Of a stretch of DNA of 64,000 nucleotides, positions 48,401 to 57,004 are shown in pieces. Source of the stretch: an uncultured bacterium (GTDB lineage: Bacteria > Armatimonadota > Hebobacteria > CAIYQO01); assembly GCA_964590255.1 (NCBI GenBank), contig CAZPYA010000009.1:791-64790 (forward strand). Direction: 5' to 3'. The notes under the pieces are model-generated. The model saw only the letters and a list, made by a program, of their open reading frames with translations. It did no database searches and was not told the DNA's origin. Every line of letters begins with the position of its first letter. Position 1 is the first letter of the stretch. Made by a program: the position numbers and the translations under genes.

Positions 48401-48852
48401 CCATGACCCGCGGCACACTGGACCGTATCGCCTACCTCGCCGAGATGACCCCCGACCGCGGCGGCGTCGCCGGCACGGTAGCCAACACCGCCGAGGTGCT
48501 CTTCGACATCCCGCTGCAGCTTCGCGGGGTGAACGCCAACTGGCCGGCCGGCCTCTGGCGCGCGGGACAGCCCATCGCCTACACCGGCGTCTTCGAGGGC
48601 ACTGCCTGGCCGCGCCTCGACGTCTCGAAAGCCGGCGCCTTCTATGCCGGCAACCTGCTGACGGCAACGCACCCCAACCTGGTTATCGCCGTGGTGCGCT
48701 GGACGAAGGACGGCATCAAGCTGGAACTGCACAACCCCACCGAGACCGCCATCGAGGCGACGGTGTCGACGGCGGCGGAACTCACGGGTTACAAAGCGTT
48801 CACGCGCAAGGTGGCGGTGCCGGCAGGCACGACGGTTTACGTGAGCGAATAA
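45466..48852 (+). CDS. giant secreted protein of unknown function (1128 aa)
   Basis: Signal peptide RRSLPALLLLCALALCAAAGRCA. Strong coding periodicity. The N-terminal ~200 aa (IAILFVGPY...FNVIVIDKLPF...VLVYVNV) resembles a class-I glutamine-amidotransferase-like/ThuA-type fold (tentative). First gene of a five-gene same-strand block. Confidence 0.8.
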   Translation: METTMNGTLRRSLPALLLLCALALCAAAGRCAELPALKTGGKAGGPIAILFVGPYAGMDGAYAAELTRQGAVFANASFFTPLSDAFFQRFNVIVIDKLPFIGEEFDTFGQRMMTYWANMRKIRQRAAEGAGVLVYVNVTDGGGANAGGWNQEMQPWGIQIQQACIRDAARRIEPWNVYGGECYYSWTENLAKHPVTDGLKRIYWPSVNMRWDDCYAAPPLLADKNWTPLVMAMPGATAARQVDDKWVDDPQSKDGLVLCAVRPVGKGRVAALAIHPWYTHGMGYTKVASKSVGEMSPGIIDGIILKKGDGTVPSDTGALVSRLYAWLAGDSAAAGFGGYQTGDPIQTDPPLLTEEEKQFKPVLDFDGNVFPPSWRHRGALVRTADNQYYPEVSDPLLTGPLHFYKALIGARTKLSDGKGTVADYAKQAKKAGYALIVFTETFEKLTFAEWRELVAQCAKYSSDTFVCLPGYDIQDPDGNHFVLIGPPELPRASWLTADGTRLAKTQMVNFLFYNHMVVCHRPAAGPLPYERLKHFQGISVYTYRGGKVVDDGLKAYQWKVESASNPHPIVVHELFSPSEVAQAAKTGFQQLMPSDTVRNAVAYFRIGSPHFFEAPARYLISEGPQVHTWVSSPKDIGPASENRTHFRVAVGVRSDVPLKSVLLYDGTHLLRRWLPGTTEFQAMADFEHCRQYDLFIIAEDANGRRAITNSIRTVAERYHYRCGDRQNWLSDVGFHNCYTGSRLPDGLDFIMPVKGTAEASSLFPNVRGAMMAPKITFPFTCNDVVVQDVLLDEKYTRALIDEVGLDAMPSLLSQPSDVYTARRRNYSFTPGRTGKHWIVLTEYEITLKRDVEPVNPAGLFPAFSRLRTSKYYRWENGKLATSEITGTTVQDVPAGTLAGGYIAMGPGLQVRDGQFGLAPHAGNPAKLPAGTKRTARFLYAYNGFSPYAWNWKGGYGFDDEPEGLLRAMGFAGPTPYQLTMTRGTLDRIAYLAEMTPDRGGVAGTVANTAEVLFDIPLQLRGVNANWPAGLWRAGQPIAYTGVFEGTAWPRLDVSKAGAFYAGNLLTATHPNLVIAVVRWTKDGIKLELHNPTETAIEATVSTAAELTGYKAFTRKVAVPAGTTVYVSE

Positions 48853-48906
48853 GCCATCCCGCGCATGAATGACTGCATGATGACAGGATTGTGAAAGGGG
48901 TTTCCG

Positions 48907-51273
48907 ATGCCGCGTATCATCGCGTTGTGTTTACTGATCGTATGTCTGCTGGCCGCGTGGCCCGTCGCCTGCCATGCGGAAAGTTATCAATACTGGCAGA
49001 TCACCGTGGACGCCGCCGGCGCCGTTTCCGCGCCGGCGCGGCTGCCCGCGGTCGAGGTGGCCACGTCGCCCAGTCCGGAGGCGCCCGTCTCGGTGACGCC
49101 GAAGCCGTCGGAAACCGCCGCGGAATACCGCATCCTCCGCGTGCCCACCCACGCCCCCGCCCCGCCCACGGTGGAGGTGGTGAACAAGGGGAAGGACACC
49201 GCCTACTACTGGCTGGTGGCGCACGTGGGTCTGCTGCGCTCGCCCATCGCCGGTCCGGCGGTCGCCGCGAATTGCGATCTGAACAACTTGAAAAACATTG
49301 TGCGTTGGCCGAAATCCATACCGTATACCCAATATACCGTGTTGCGCACCGCCACCCCGGAACTGCCCGCCGGCGTGCTACAGGTGCTGCGAATATGGGG
49401 CCAGCCGGTGACCGAATACACCGACACCAACGGCACGCGGCTCAGTCACGACTACCCCTGTTACCCGCAAGGCACGGTGGCCGGCTCCGCGCCTATCGGC
49501 GACGGCCCCTACCTGGTCGGTATCGGCAAGGGGCCGATGGCTAAAGGCGTCGATGCCGCCGCGGTGAACGCGCCGGTACAGGATACCGGAGCGCTGAAGG
49601 CCATCGACGTGGCGCCGACCCGGCAGGTGTCGAACGTCTTCCTGTCGCCTAGCCTCGACCAGGCGACAATGAATGCGCAGAACGCGACGAATAACGGCGC
49701 GCTGCAGATCAACATCACCAACACCCAGCCGAAGGGCAAGTATGATTTCGGCGGGCCCATGGGCCTCTTCGTCAACCAGCGTGACGTAGCCGGCGGGCAC
49801 AATGACTACGGCCTGTTCGGCGGCAGCCCGCTGCAGAAGAGTTTTCACATCCCCTTCCGCGTCGACCAATACAACTACACCGCCGGGCAGATGGCCACCA
49901 TGGTGATGTTCACCAGCAAATACGGCGAAGGCGATAACGTGCTCTTCACCACCCATACCACCAGCGAAGGCTTGACGGAAGATGGGGGCGATGAGGGCAC
50001 CGAAATCTTCATGGCCAGCGCCAACTTGCGGCGCATAGCCGGCGACTATGAGATGGAGGCGGACGCGGCGAAACACAGCACCCGCCTGCGCGCGAAGGCG
50101 CTGAAACAGGCCACCGTCGCCACCGGCCGGCCGGTCGTCAATCTCACCCAGGCGGTGAGCGCCGGCGCCATCATCCGCATCGACGATGACATGCCGGTCG
50201 ATCCCAATGAAAAGGAGTATGTCGCCGCGAACCGCGTCACCCGGCTGACCGGGGAAGGGACCGCGTTCACCAAAGAGATGGAAGGCTGGTATATCTCGCT
50301 GGATTGCGATACCACCGCGGGCGGCCTGCGCCAGTGGTACCGGGTGACCCGCGTGAACTCGCCGACCTCGCTGGATATCTACGCTTACACCTTCTTCAGC
50401 GGCTCCACCTACCTGGGGCATGCCGCCAACGTGGTCTACCACGGCGAGAAATATCGCGGCGGCATCAAAACCGAACCCCGGGTGAAACCGGACCCGAAGA
50501 GCGCGAAAGATGGCCGCGAGCGCTATCTGCTTGCCCCGGCGACCACCATCGCCGAGTATCCGGGCACGGGCGCGGGCAACCTGACAGTGATGCCGCTCAA
50601 GCAGCCGTGGAACAAAGGCGACAAAATCCAACTCGTCGCCGGCCCGCAGACGAATCTGTCGCTGGGTAAATTCGGCATCGGCGGCAACCTGCTGCCGCAG
50701 GACTTCGCCTACGGCTTCTGGATCCACAACGATACCGACCGGTTGAGCAACGACCCGGCCTTCTACATCATGGGCGCCTGGCGCTCGGCGGTGAAGATGG
50801 AGTTGGACGGCCGCGGTCTGAGCAACGGCATGGAGTTCCTGGGCAAGGCTAATCCGGACGGCGGCATCTTCGTCTGCCCACCGGACACCAACCTGCTGCG
50901 CGTCACCGGGGTGCCAGTGGTGCTGGGCAGCTCGGCGAAAAACGGGGAACTGGTCTTTGCGACGGGCACGCATGACGGCGAGAAAGTCGTCGGCATCAGC
51001 GCAGGGCAACTGGCGCTGGGCGACCATGTCAGCTTGAAGGGCGGCGCCATGCTGCGCGGACGGGCTGCCCTGTCCGGCGACGGCAAAGCAACTGCCTTCA
51101 CCATCAAGTTCCCCCGCGCCTACCCGGCAGCGCCATATGTGGTGGCGGGCAGCAACCTGCCCCTCGGCATCGGGGTGACAAACGTGACAACCGAAGGCTT
51201 CACCGTCACCTTCGCCGCCGCGCCCCCGGCCGGCAAGGACAATGTGACCGTGACGTGGATGGTGATGGAGTAA
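48907..51273 (+). CDS. secreted protein of unknown function (788 aa), possible C-terminal H-type-lectin-like domain
   Basis: Signal peptide MPRIIALCLLIVCLLAAWPVACHA. The C-terminal ~100 aa (KATAFTIKFPRAYPAAPYVVAGSNLPLGIGVTNVTTEGFTVTFAAAP...VTVTWMVME) resembles the H_lectin pattern (tentative). Confidence 0.8.
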   Translation: MPRIIALCLLIVCLLAAWPVACHAESYQYWQITVDAAGAVSAPARLPAVEVATSPSPEAPVSVTPKPSETAAEYRILRVPTHAPAPPTVEVVNKGKDTAYYWLVAHVGLLRSPIAGPAVAANCDLNNLKNIVRWPKSIPYTQYTVLRTATPELPAGVLQVLRIWGQPVTEYTDTNGTRLSHDYPCYPQGTVAGSAPIGDGPYLVGIGKGPMAKGVDAAAVNAPVQDTGALKAIDVAPTRQVSNVFLSPSLDQATMNAQNATNNGALQINITNTQPKGKYDFGGPMGLFVNQRDVAGGHNDYGLFGGSPLQKSFHIPFRVDQYNYTAGQMATMVMFTSKYGEGDNVLFTTHTTSEGLTEDGGDEGTEIFMASANLRRIAGDYEMEADAAKHSTRLRAKALKQATVATGRPVVNLTQAVSAGAIIRIDDDMPVDPNEKEYVAANRVTRLTGEGTAFTKEMEGWYISLDCDTTAGGLRQWYRVTRVNSPTSLDIYAYTFFSGSTYLGHAANVVYHGEKYRGGIKTEPRVKPDPKSAKDGRERYLLAPATTIAEYPGTGAGNLTVMPLKQPWNKGDKIQLVAGPQTNLSLGKFGIGGNLLPQDFAYGFWIHNDTDRLSNDPAFYIMGAWRSAVKMELDGRGLSNGMEFLGKANPDGGIFVCPPDTNLLRVTGVPVVLGSSAKNGELVFATGTHDGEKVVGISAGQLALGDHVSLKGGAMLRGRAALSGDGKATAFTIKFPRAYPAAPYVVAGSNLPLGIGVTNVTTEGFTVTFAAAPPAGKDNVTVTWMVME

Positions 51274-51318
51274 TAGAGACGCGTATATGACAGTTGACCA
51301 ATCGGAGGTATTCGAGCT

Positions 51319-52542
51319 ATGAACCTGGAAAATGTGCATCCCACCGTGCCCGCGCACGGCTATATTGTTCCCATGCAGGAAGGCGACGGCATGTGGTCGG
51401 CCATGGGGGTCGGCTCAGATGGCAGCGTCTACATGGTGGTCTCCAGCATGTGCCTGCAGCCGTGCCGCCTGATACGGCTCACCCCCGGGGATGGCCGGGT
51501 TGAGGTCGTTGGGATCATACAGGAGATCTGCGGCGAAACCGACCCGGAGCTGGTGCCGCAGACGAAAATCCATACCCAGCTTATCGAAGACAGTCGTGGC
51601 CGCATCTGGTTCGGCAGCGACTCCGACGAGTTATACCCCGCCGACGCCCATGACTGGTGCGCCGCGACGGGCAAATATCTCAAGGGGTATACCGGCGGAC
51701 ATCTCATCAGCTACGATCCCGCCACCGGGCAGTGTCAGGATCACGGCGTGCACTTCCCGAAAAAGCAGGAATATCCCCGGGACATCACCGAGTGCGGCCT
51801 GTACTACATGACGATCACGAAGGACCCACAGCGGGACGTCCTCTATTTCATGACCGGCAACGAAATCTATCTGGGCGCCTACGATATGGCGACCGAGACG
51901 TTGATCGACAGCCAGCCGCTGCCCATCCCCTATCCCTTCGAGCCCGATCCGGCCCGCGACGGCTGCACCGGCTTCTACCACTGCCGGGATATGAAGGTCG
52001 GGGCCGACGGCTGGCTGTATACCTTCACCCGCGAGGGGCAGGTTGTCCGCTACAGCGACCGCGAGCGTCGCATCGAAATGACCGGCGTGTGGATTCCGGG
52101 GGTCGACCGCGTCGGGCCGAATATGCCGTATGCCCTGACAGTCAGCCGCGACCGCACGCGCATCTACGGCGGCGCCTCCGTCACCGGGCACCTCTTTGAG
52201 TTGGTGGTGGAGCCAGGCCAGCCGCCGGTGGTGCATGACCTGGGCGACTCCGGCGTGCATCTGCAGCAGGGGTTGCGCGTGGTGCATGCCATTACGACCG
52301 GTCAGGATGACATGATCTACTATCTCTCGGCGACCAGCCCGTGGCTCTTCCGCTTCGATCCGGCGACCCGGTGCATCACAACGCTGGGAGAGGTGTACCT
52401 GGCAAACCTGGATGACCAGAAATCCCAGGGGGGCATGGCCGGCGCCACCACCTCGGACGGCACGCTCTGGTTCGGCAGTTGGTTCTCGACAGGGCAGCAG
52501 GTCTTCGTCGGCATCGATCCCGCGGCTTGCACGACCCGGTAA
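51319..52542 (+). CDS. hypothetical beta-propeller-like protein (407 aa)
   Basis: SD GGAGG lies upstream. Repeated D-G-x-(L/I/V)-(W/Y)-F/Y-type blades (DSRGRIWFGS, GADGWLYTFT, SDGTLWFGS). No signal peptide seen. Confidence 0.7.
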   Translation: MNLENVHPTVPAHGYIVPMQEGDGMWSAMGVGSDGSVYMVVSSMCLQPCRLIRLTPGDGRVEVVGIIQEICGETDPELVPQTKIHTQLIEDSRGRIWFGSDSDELYPADAHDWCAATGKYLKGYTGGHLISYDPATGQCQDHGVHFPKKQEYPRDITECGLYYMTITKDPQRDVLYFMTGNEIYLGAYDMATETLIDSQPLPIPYPFEPDPARDGCTGFYHCRDMKVGADGWLYTFTREGQVVRYSDRERRIEMTGVWIPGVDRVGPNMPYALTVSRDRTRIYGGASVTGHLFELVVEPGQPPVVHDLGDSGVHLQQGLRVVHAITTGQDDMIYYLSATSPWLFRFDPATRCITTLGEVYLANLDDQKSQGGMAGATTSDGTLWFGSWFSTGQQVFVGIDPAACTTR

Positions 52543-52597
52543 AGCGCTCCGCCGGCCATGACCGCGACGTCGCTGACACGATTAAGGGAGCGATCAC

Positions 52598-55015
52598 ATG
52601 ACACTTGCCACATACCTGCTGCTGGGCATCTGCGTGCTGAGCAGCCTGGCGGCTGTTGCCGTGAACCCCCAGTTGCCGGATTTGCGTTGGGAAAAGCGCT
52701 CCGACTGGGTGGATGTCCGGTCACTGGGCGCGAAAGGCGACGGGGTCGCCGACGACACCGCGGCCATCCAGGCCGCGCTGGACTCGCTGGTTGATTGGGA
52801 ACGCAGCGGGTGGAAGCCCGTCTACGGCCCGAAAACGGTGTATCTGCCACCGGGAACCTATCGCATCACCGACACGCTGCACCTGTATCGTATGTCCGGC
52901 GCCATGCTGGTCGGGCATGGCCGCGGCACGCGCGTCGTCTGGGACGGCGCCGCCGGCAAAACGATGTTCTGGAGCGATGGCTCGCGATGCGCGCGCTTCA
53001 TCGGCATCACCTGGGACGGCCGCGGGAAAGCCGGACGCGGGTATGATCACGCCGCGACGACCAAAGGCGCCTACTTTGAAACCGAGATCCTCCACCAGTA
53101 CGAAGCGTTCATCGGGATGCAACACGGCGTCAACCTCGGCATTAGCGGGCAGGGGGGCGTGGCGACGGACAACGTCTTCCTCAAGCATTGTCTGTTCATC
53201 GACTGCGCGCGCGGCATCTCAGTCGACAATTTCAACTACTACCACTACAGCATCGACGGCTGCGAGTTCCACGGGTGCGGCACTGGTGTCTACTTCCGGC
53301 GCGGCATGGGATACGTGCGGAATTCGCACTTTCGCGGCAGCACGGAAACCGATGTCTACATCTATCTCGGGTATCCGGTCGACTGCTCGGTGCGCCGCGT
53401 CACCTCGGTCGGGTCGCGCCGCTTCGTCACCGGCGGCGGCGGCGGGTGGGTGAGCGCCTCGGAAGTGTCGGATTGCCGCGTGAGCGGATGGACCGATCCT
53501 GACGGGGCCATCGTCATCGACAGCGCCGCCTCGCTGCTACTGTATGACATCGTTTTCACGAATCCGCCCGGCACAAAACCGCCCATCCGCCTGGCCAACC
53601 GTATGCCCGATTACCCCATACTGCTGACGGTCACCGGTAATCGGTGCGCCGGCGTCTCCTCCCTGATCGATCCGGGACCGAATTCCCGTATCATCACCCT
53701 GCCGTCCGGCAAGGAAAAGCGGTTGCTGCGCGCCGATGACGAGACGTTCTTCCCGGGACGCGTGGATGTCGTTCCCGGAAAGATCTTTGACGCCCGGCGC
53801 GATTTCCGCGCGAAAGGCGATGACAAAACCGATGATACCGCCGCGTTGCAGGCGACCATCGACGCCGCCCGCGCCTGCGGGAAGGACGCCATGGCCTATT
53901 TCCCGCCCGGTCGGTATCGCGTCAGCAAAACGCTGGTCATCACCGGCGCGGACTACCGCGTGGGCGGCGGCGGCAACCGCGAACACTGCCGGCTGCAGTG
54001 GACCGGTTCCCGCGATGGCGTGGTCGTGCATGTGCAGGACCCGCGGCAGGTGAAGCTGGAATATGTCGAGATTCGCGGCGGCGAAAATACCGGATGCTGC
54101 GCGATTCGCCAGACCGGTACCGGCGCGGGATCCAACATGCGCTATGAAGGCATCTCCGTGCCAGGCGCCTACATTGCCTATACACCGCGCCCGCGCGGCC
54201 TGGAACTGATTAGCCTGGGGCGCCGCGATGTCGTGCTGATGGAAGGCAACAATAACGGCGACCTGCGCATCACCAATTGCGGCCGCGCGACGATTCTGGT
54301 CAGCAGCCTGGTCGCCTCGCCCATCATCATCGAGGGCGACGAACGCATCCGCGACGGCTTCATCGGCTTTCTCGCCTACATGGGCTTGAACGTCGGCGAC
54401 CCGCTAATCCATGTGAAAAACAACCAGAATCTGGTCATTAGCGACGCCTACCTGGAAGTCACGCCGGGCACTCACGTGGCGCTGGAGGGCAATCCGGGTG
54501 AACCGGCCGGGGCCGTCACCATCATGGGCACCGAACGCTATACGATGCACCCCGGGGCCGCGTGGCTGGTTGGGGGTAAAAAAGTTGAGCAGCGCGCCGA
54601 TATTATTCGGGTGTCGAACTATAAAGGCCGGTATTGTGAAGGCCGCAACCTGTTCAGCAATCCCCCCAAAGACGGCTACCTCGTCGCGCACACCGGCGAC
54701 CGCCCGCTGGACCTGATCTTCCTGGCCAACTGCTGGATGACGCTGGACGCATACTGGAAGAACGGGCAGACGCGGCCCGCCTTCGCGGATGCGCCGCGTT
54801 TCCAACTGGGCAAAGGCGCACGGCTCATTCAGCTTCAGAACACGATCTACGACCTGCAGGGCGCCGATAAAGCCGGCGACCGCATGGTGGTGGGCACCTG
54901 GCCGGAGCAATTGCCCAACCGCGTGCCGCGCGGCGGCCTGGCGCAGGTGACCGCGGCGCTGGATGACGTGCGCCGGCTCGGAGCGATCGACCTGCAATTA
55001 AACTACGGACGCTGA
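52598..55015 (+). CDS. secreted right-handed beta-helix protein with two Pectate_lyase_3 / tailspike-type modules (GH55-like architecture)
   Basis: Signal/anchor LLLGICVLSSLAAVA. There are two copies of the module-opening motif: DVRSLGAKGDGVADDTAAIQAALDSL...VYLPPGTYRITDTL and DFRAKGDDKTDDTAALQATIDAA...AYFPPGRYRVSKTL. Confidence 0.8.
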   Translation: MTLATYLLLGICVLSSLAAVAVNPQLPDLRWEKRSDWVDVRSLGAKGDGVADDTAAIQAALDSLVDWERSGWKPVYGPKTVYLPPGTYRITDTLHLYRMSGAMLVGHGRGTRVVWDGAAGKTMFWSDGSRCARFIGITWDGRGKAGRGYDHAATTKGAYFETEILHQYEAFIGMQHGVNLGISGQGGVATDNVFLKHCLFIDCARGISVDNFNYYHYSIDGCEFHGCGTGVYFRRGMGYVRNSHFRGSTETDVYIYLGYPVDCSVRRVTSVGSRRFVTGGGGGWVSASEVSDCRVSGWTDPDGAIVIDSAASLLLYDIVFTNPPGTKPPIRLANRMPDYPILLTVTGNRCAGVSSLIDPGPNSRIITLPSGKEKRLLRADDETFFPGRVDVVPGKIFDARRDFRAKGDDKTDDTAALQATIDAARACGKDAMAYFPPGRYRVSKTLVITGADYRVGGGGNREHCRLQWTGSRDGVVVHVQDPRQVKLEYVEIRGGENTGCCAIRQTGTGAGSNMRYEGISVPGAYIAYTPRPRGLELISLGRRDVVLMEGNNNGDLRITNCGRATILVSSLVASPIIIEGDERIRDGFIGFLAYMGLNVGDPLIHVKNNQNLVISDAYLEVTPGTHVALEGNPGEPAGAVTIMGTERYTMHPGAAWLVGGKKVEQRADIIRVSNYKGRYCEGRNLFSNPPKDGYLVAHTGDRPLDLIFLANCWMTLDAYWKNGQTRPAFADAPRFQLGKGARLIQLQNTIYDLQGADKAGDRMVVGTWPEQLPNRVPRGGLAQVTAALDDVRRLGAIDLQLNYGR

Positions 55016-55070
55016 TGCCCGGCAGACTGACCCGGAAGGCATCAGCAACACCACACGAAAGGCAACAACC

Positions 55071-56150
55071 ATGTTCAACCATATGGCGATGTGGACCTGG
55101 CCCGACGCGATCTGGAGCCAGGAGCCGGCGCGGATCATCGATCGCCTGCAAGCCGCGCATATCGATATCATCATCCCCTACATCTCGCGGCGCTCGGCCG
55201 AAGGCGCGGTCTTTGGCGAGGCGGCGGCGTCGGCGGAGCAGTATGAGGAGCGGCTGCGCGCCGTCATCGCGGAAGCGCACCGCCAGGGGATGCAGGTGCA
55301 CGCCTGCTTCGACGAATTGAATGCCTACCCGTCGATGCCCGCCGACGCCTACGCCTGCCGGCAGGTGCGCGAGGACGGCACGGTGACTGAGACGCTGTGC
55401 CCCGCCAATCCCGGCACCACTGCCTACCTCGTCGCCGAGCTGGAGCAGGTACTGACCCATTTCGACTACGACGGCGTGGGCCTGGAAGACGGCTATGTCT
55501 ATAACAACGCGACGATCTACGACGCACAGAACATCAACCCGGACACCTACCAGGTCATCCCCGTGTGCTACTGCGACCACTGCCGCGCCCACGCGCCTAT
55601 CGGCGCGCCGGAGTGGGCGCAGTGGAAGCGCGACCGCATGACCGAGGTCATCGCCGCGGAACGGGCATGCATCCAGCGGCTGCGCCCGGGCATCCCCTTC
55701 TCGGTGGCCGCGCGCATGCCGTATGCCCAGGCGTTCTACACGCCCTACCGCGACGAGGTGCCCTACTACGGCGGCTGGGCCTACTGCGCGGCGCGCGACA
55801 ACCTTTGCGCCGACTGGCTGGAGTGGCTGCGCCAGGGGCACATCGACTTCATCTGCCCGATGAGCTACTTCCACGCCCCGCGCCTGGTTGAACTGCAGAC
55901 GCTGGAATGCCGGAGCCTGATCCCCGACGCCGCCGAGAAGGTATGGGTGGGCCTGGGGCTGGACTACATCGCCGCGGAATACTGGCAAGGCGACATGAAG
56001 GGCAACGACGCGGCGCGCAACGACGCCGCCGCCCTCGGCCGGCAGCTCGACCTGTTGGAGTCGCTGGGGCAAAAGAATTGCCTCTTCTTCAGCCACCAGT
56101 TCCTGCTCGACGAGCACATCCCCGTCATCGCCGCCCACCGCGCGGGATGA
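55071..56150 (+). CDS. putative glycoside-hydrolase-like TIM-barrel protein (GHL10/YngK-like)
   Basis: SD GAAAGG lies 8 nt upstream. 359 aa. IDIIIPYISRR...MQVHACFDE...DYDGVGLEDGYV...IDFICPMSYF is reminiscent of hypothetical glycosyl-hydrolase-like family 10. Tentative. Confidence 0.6.
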   Translation: MFNHMAMWTWPDAIWSQEPARIIDRLQAAHIDIIIPYISRRSAEGAVFGEAAASAEQYEERLRAVIAEAHRQGMQVHACFDELNAYPSMPADAYACRQVREDGTVTETLCPANPGTTAYLVAELEQVLTHFDYDGVGLEDGYVYNNATIYDAQNINPDTYQVIPVCYCDHCRAHAPIGAPEWAQWKRDRMTEVIAAERACIQRLRPGIPFSVAARMPYAQAFYTPYRDEVPYYGGWAYCAARDNLCADWLEWLRQGHIDFICPMSYFHAPRLVELQTLECRSLIPDAAEKVWVGLGLDYIAAEYWQGDMKGNDAARNDAAALGRQLDLLESLGQKNCLFFSHQFLLDEHIPVIAAHRAG

Positions 56151-56222
56151 GACGTTTGCGGCAAAGAACACACTGAGGACTGTCTTGAAAGTGATCGTTG
56201 CCGGATCGCGAACGATTCGGAA

Positions 56223-56849
56223 GTGACAAACAAGAGATACTACGACCTTGAACGAGTTCTGGCAGTTGGGTATCGCAATCTGATAAGATATCCTGCTTGG
56301 CTTGAGTGGTTCCTATCACCGGCATTGCAGCGGGCGAACTGGAGGTATGCCGTGTTTCTTATACGGAGGATGGTAGACGCATATGAGCGAAAGAAGATGA
56401 AAGCAATTAGCGATTACGAACGATCATGTGAAGAGGATATTGCTCTCATAACGTCACTATTTCAGTTTCTGGTTGATGAATATGGTTATACGCTATCTCA
56501 CGCAAATTTGAAGAGTTATGGCTATGATGTGGTCTTTGATCGCGGTTGGCAGCAGGTGCATATAGTATACGCTTTTCTACCAGATAATGAACTTACGATA
56601 ACTATCGCTGATCCTGGGGGTAAAACGCTCAGGTTAACCGATTTATTGCAGGCGAGAGCGCCTGCAGTGAGAATACGATTATCGCCATCTTTTCTGGAGA
56701 CGTTTTCAGGTTTTTTCAAACGTGAACTGCCTATCCAAGCGGCGTTATTCAAACAATACGCCGATGATATCATTTCGGCGAGGAATCGCGATGAATATGT
56801 AGAAATATATCGTAGTCTGAAAAAGACTGATACGCATTGTGGAAAGTGA
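56223..56849 (+). CDS. AT-rich orphan hypothetical protein
   Basis: It is the only long ORF in a segment with a sharp GC drop (56401-56460: 23/60 GC). Start is uncertain (GTG 56223 in the track; internal ATGs at MVDAYE and MKAISD). No family recognised. Confidence 0.55.
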   Translation: MTNKRYYDLERVLAVGYRNLIRYPAWLEWFLSPALQRANWRYAVFLIRRMVDAYERKKMKAISDYERSCEEDIALITSLFQFLVDEYGYTLSHANLKSYGYDVVFDRGWQQVHIVYAFLPDNELTITIADPGGKTLRLTDLLQARAPAVRIRLSPSFLETFSGFFKRELPIQAALFKQYADDIISARNRDEYVEIYRSLKKTDTHCGK

Positions 56850-57004
56850 CATTAGTCACTCCCGGCATTGATAAGCAATAAACTAAGCGCAGTGACCATA
56901 ATCAGATGCTTGGACTGGCCTTGCTGGCTAGCTTGAGCGCTTTATGAGAATTATACGGGTTACTCGTTACGGTACCCATCTCCCATTGAAACGGAGGCTC
57001 ACTT

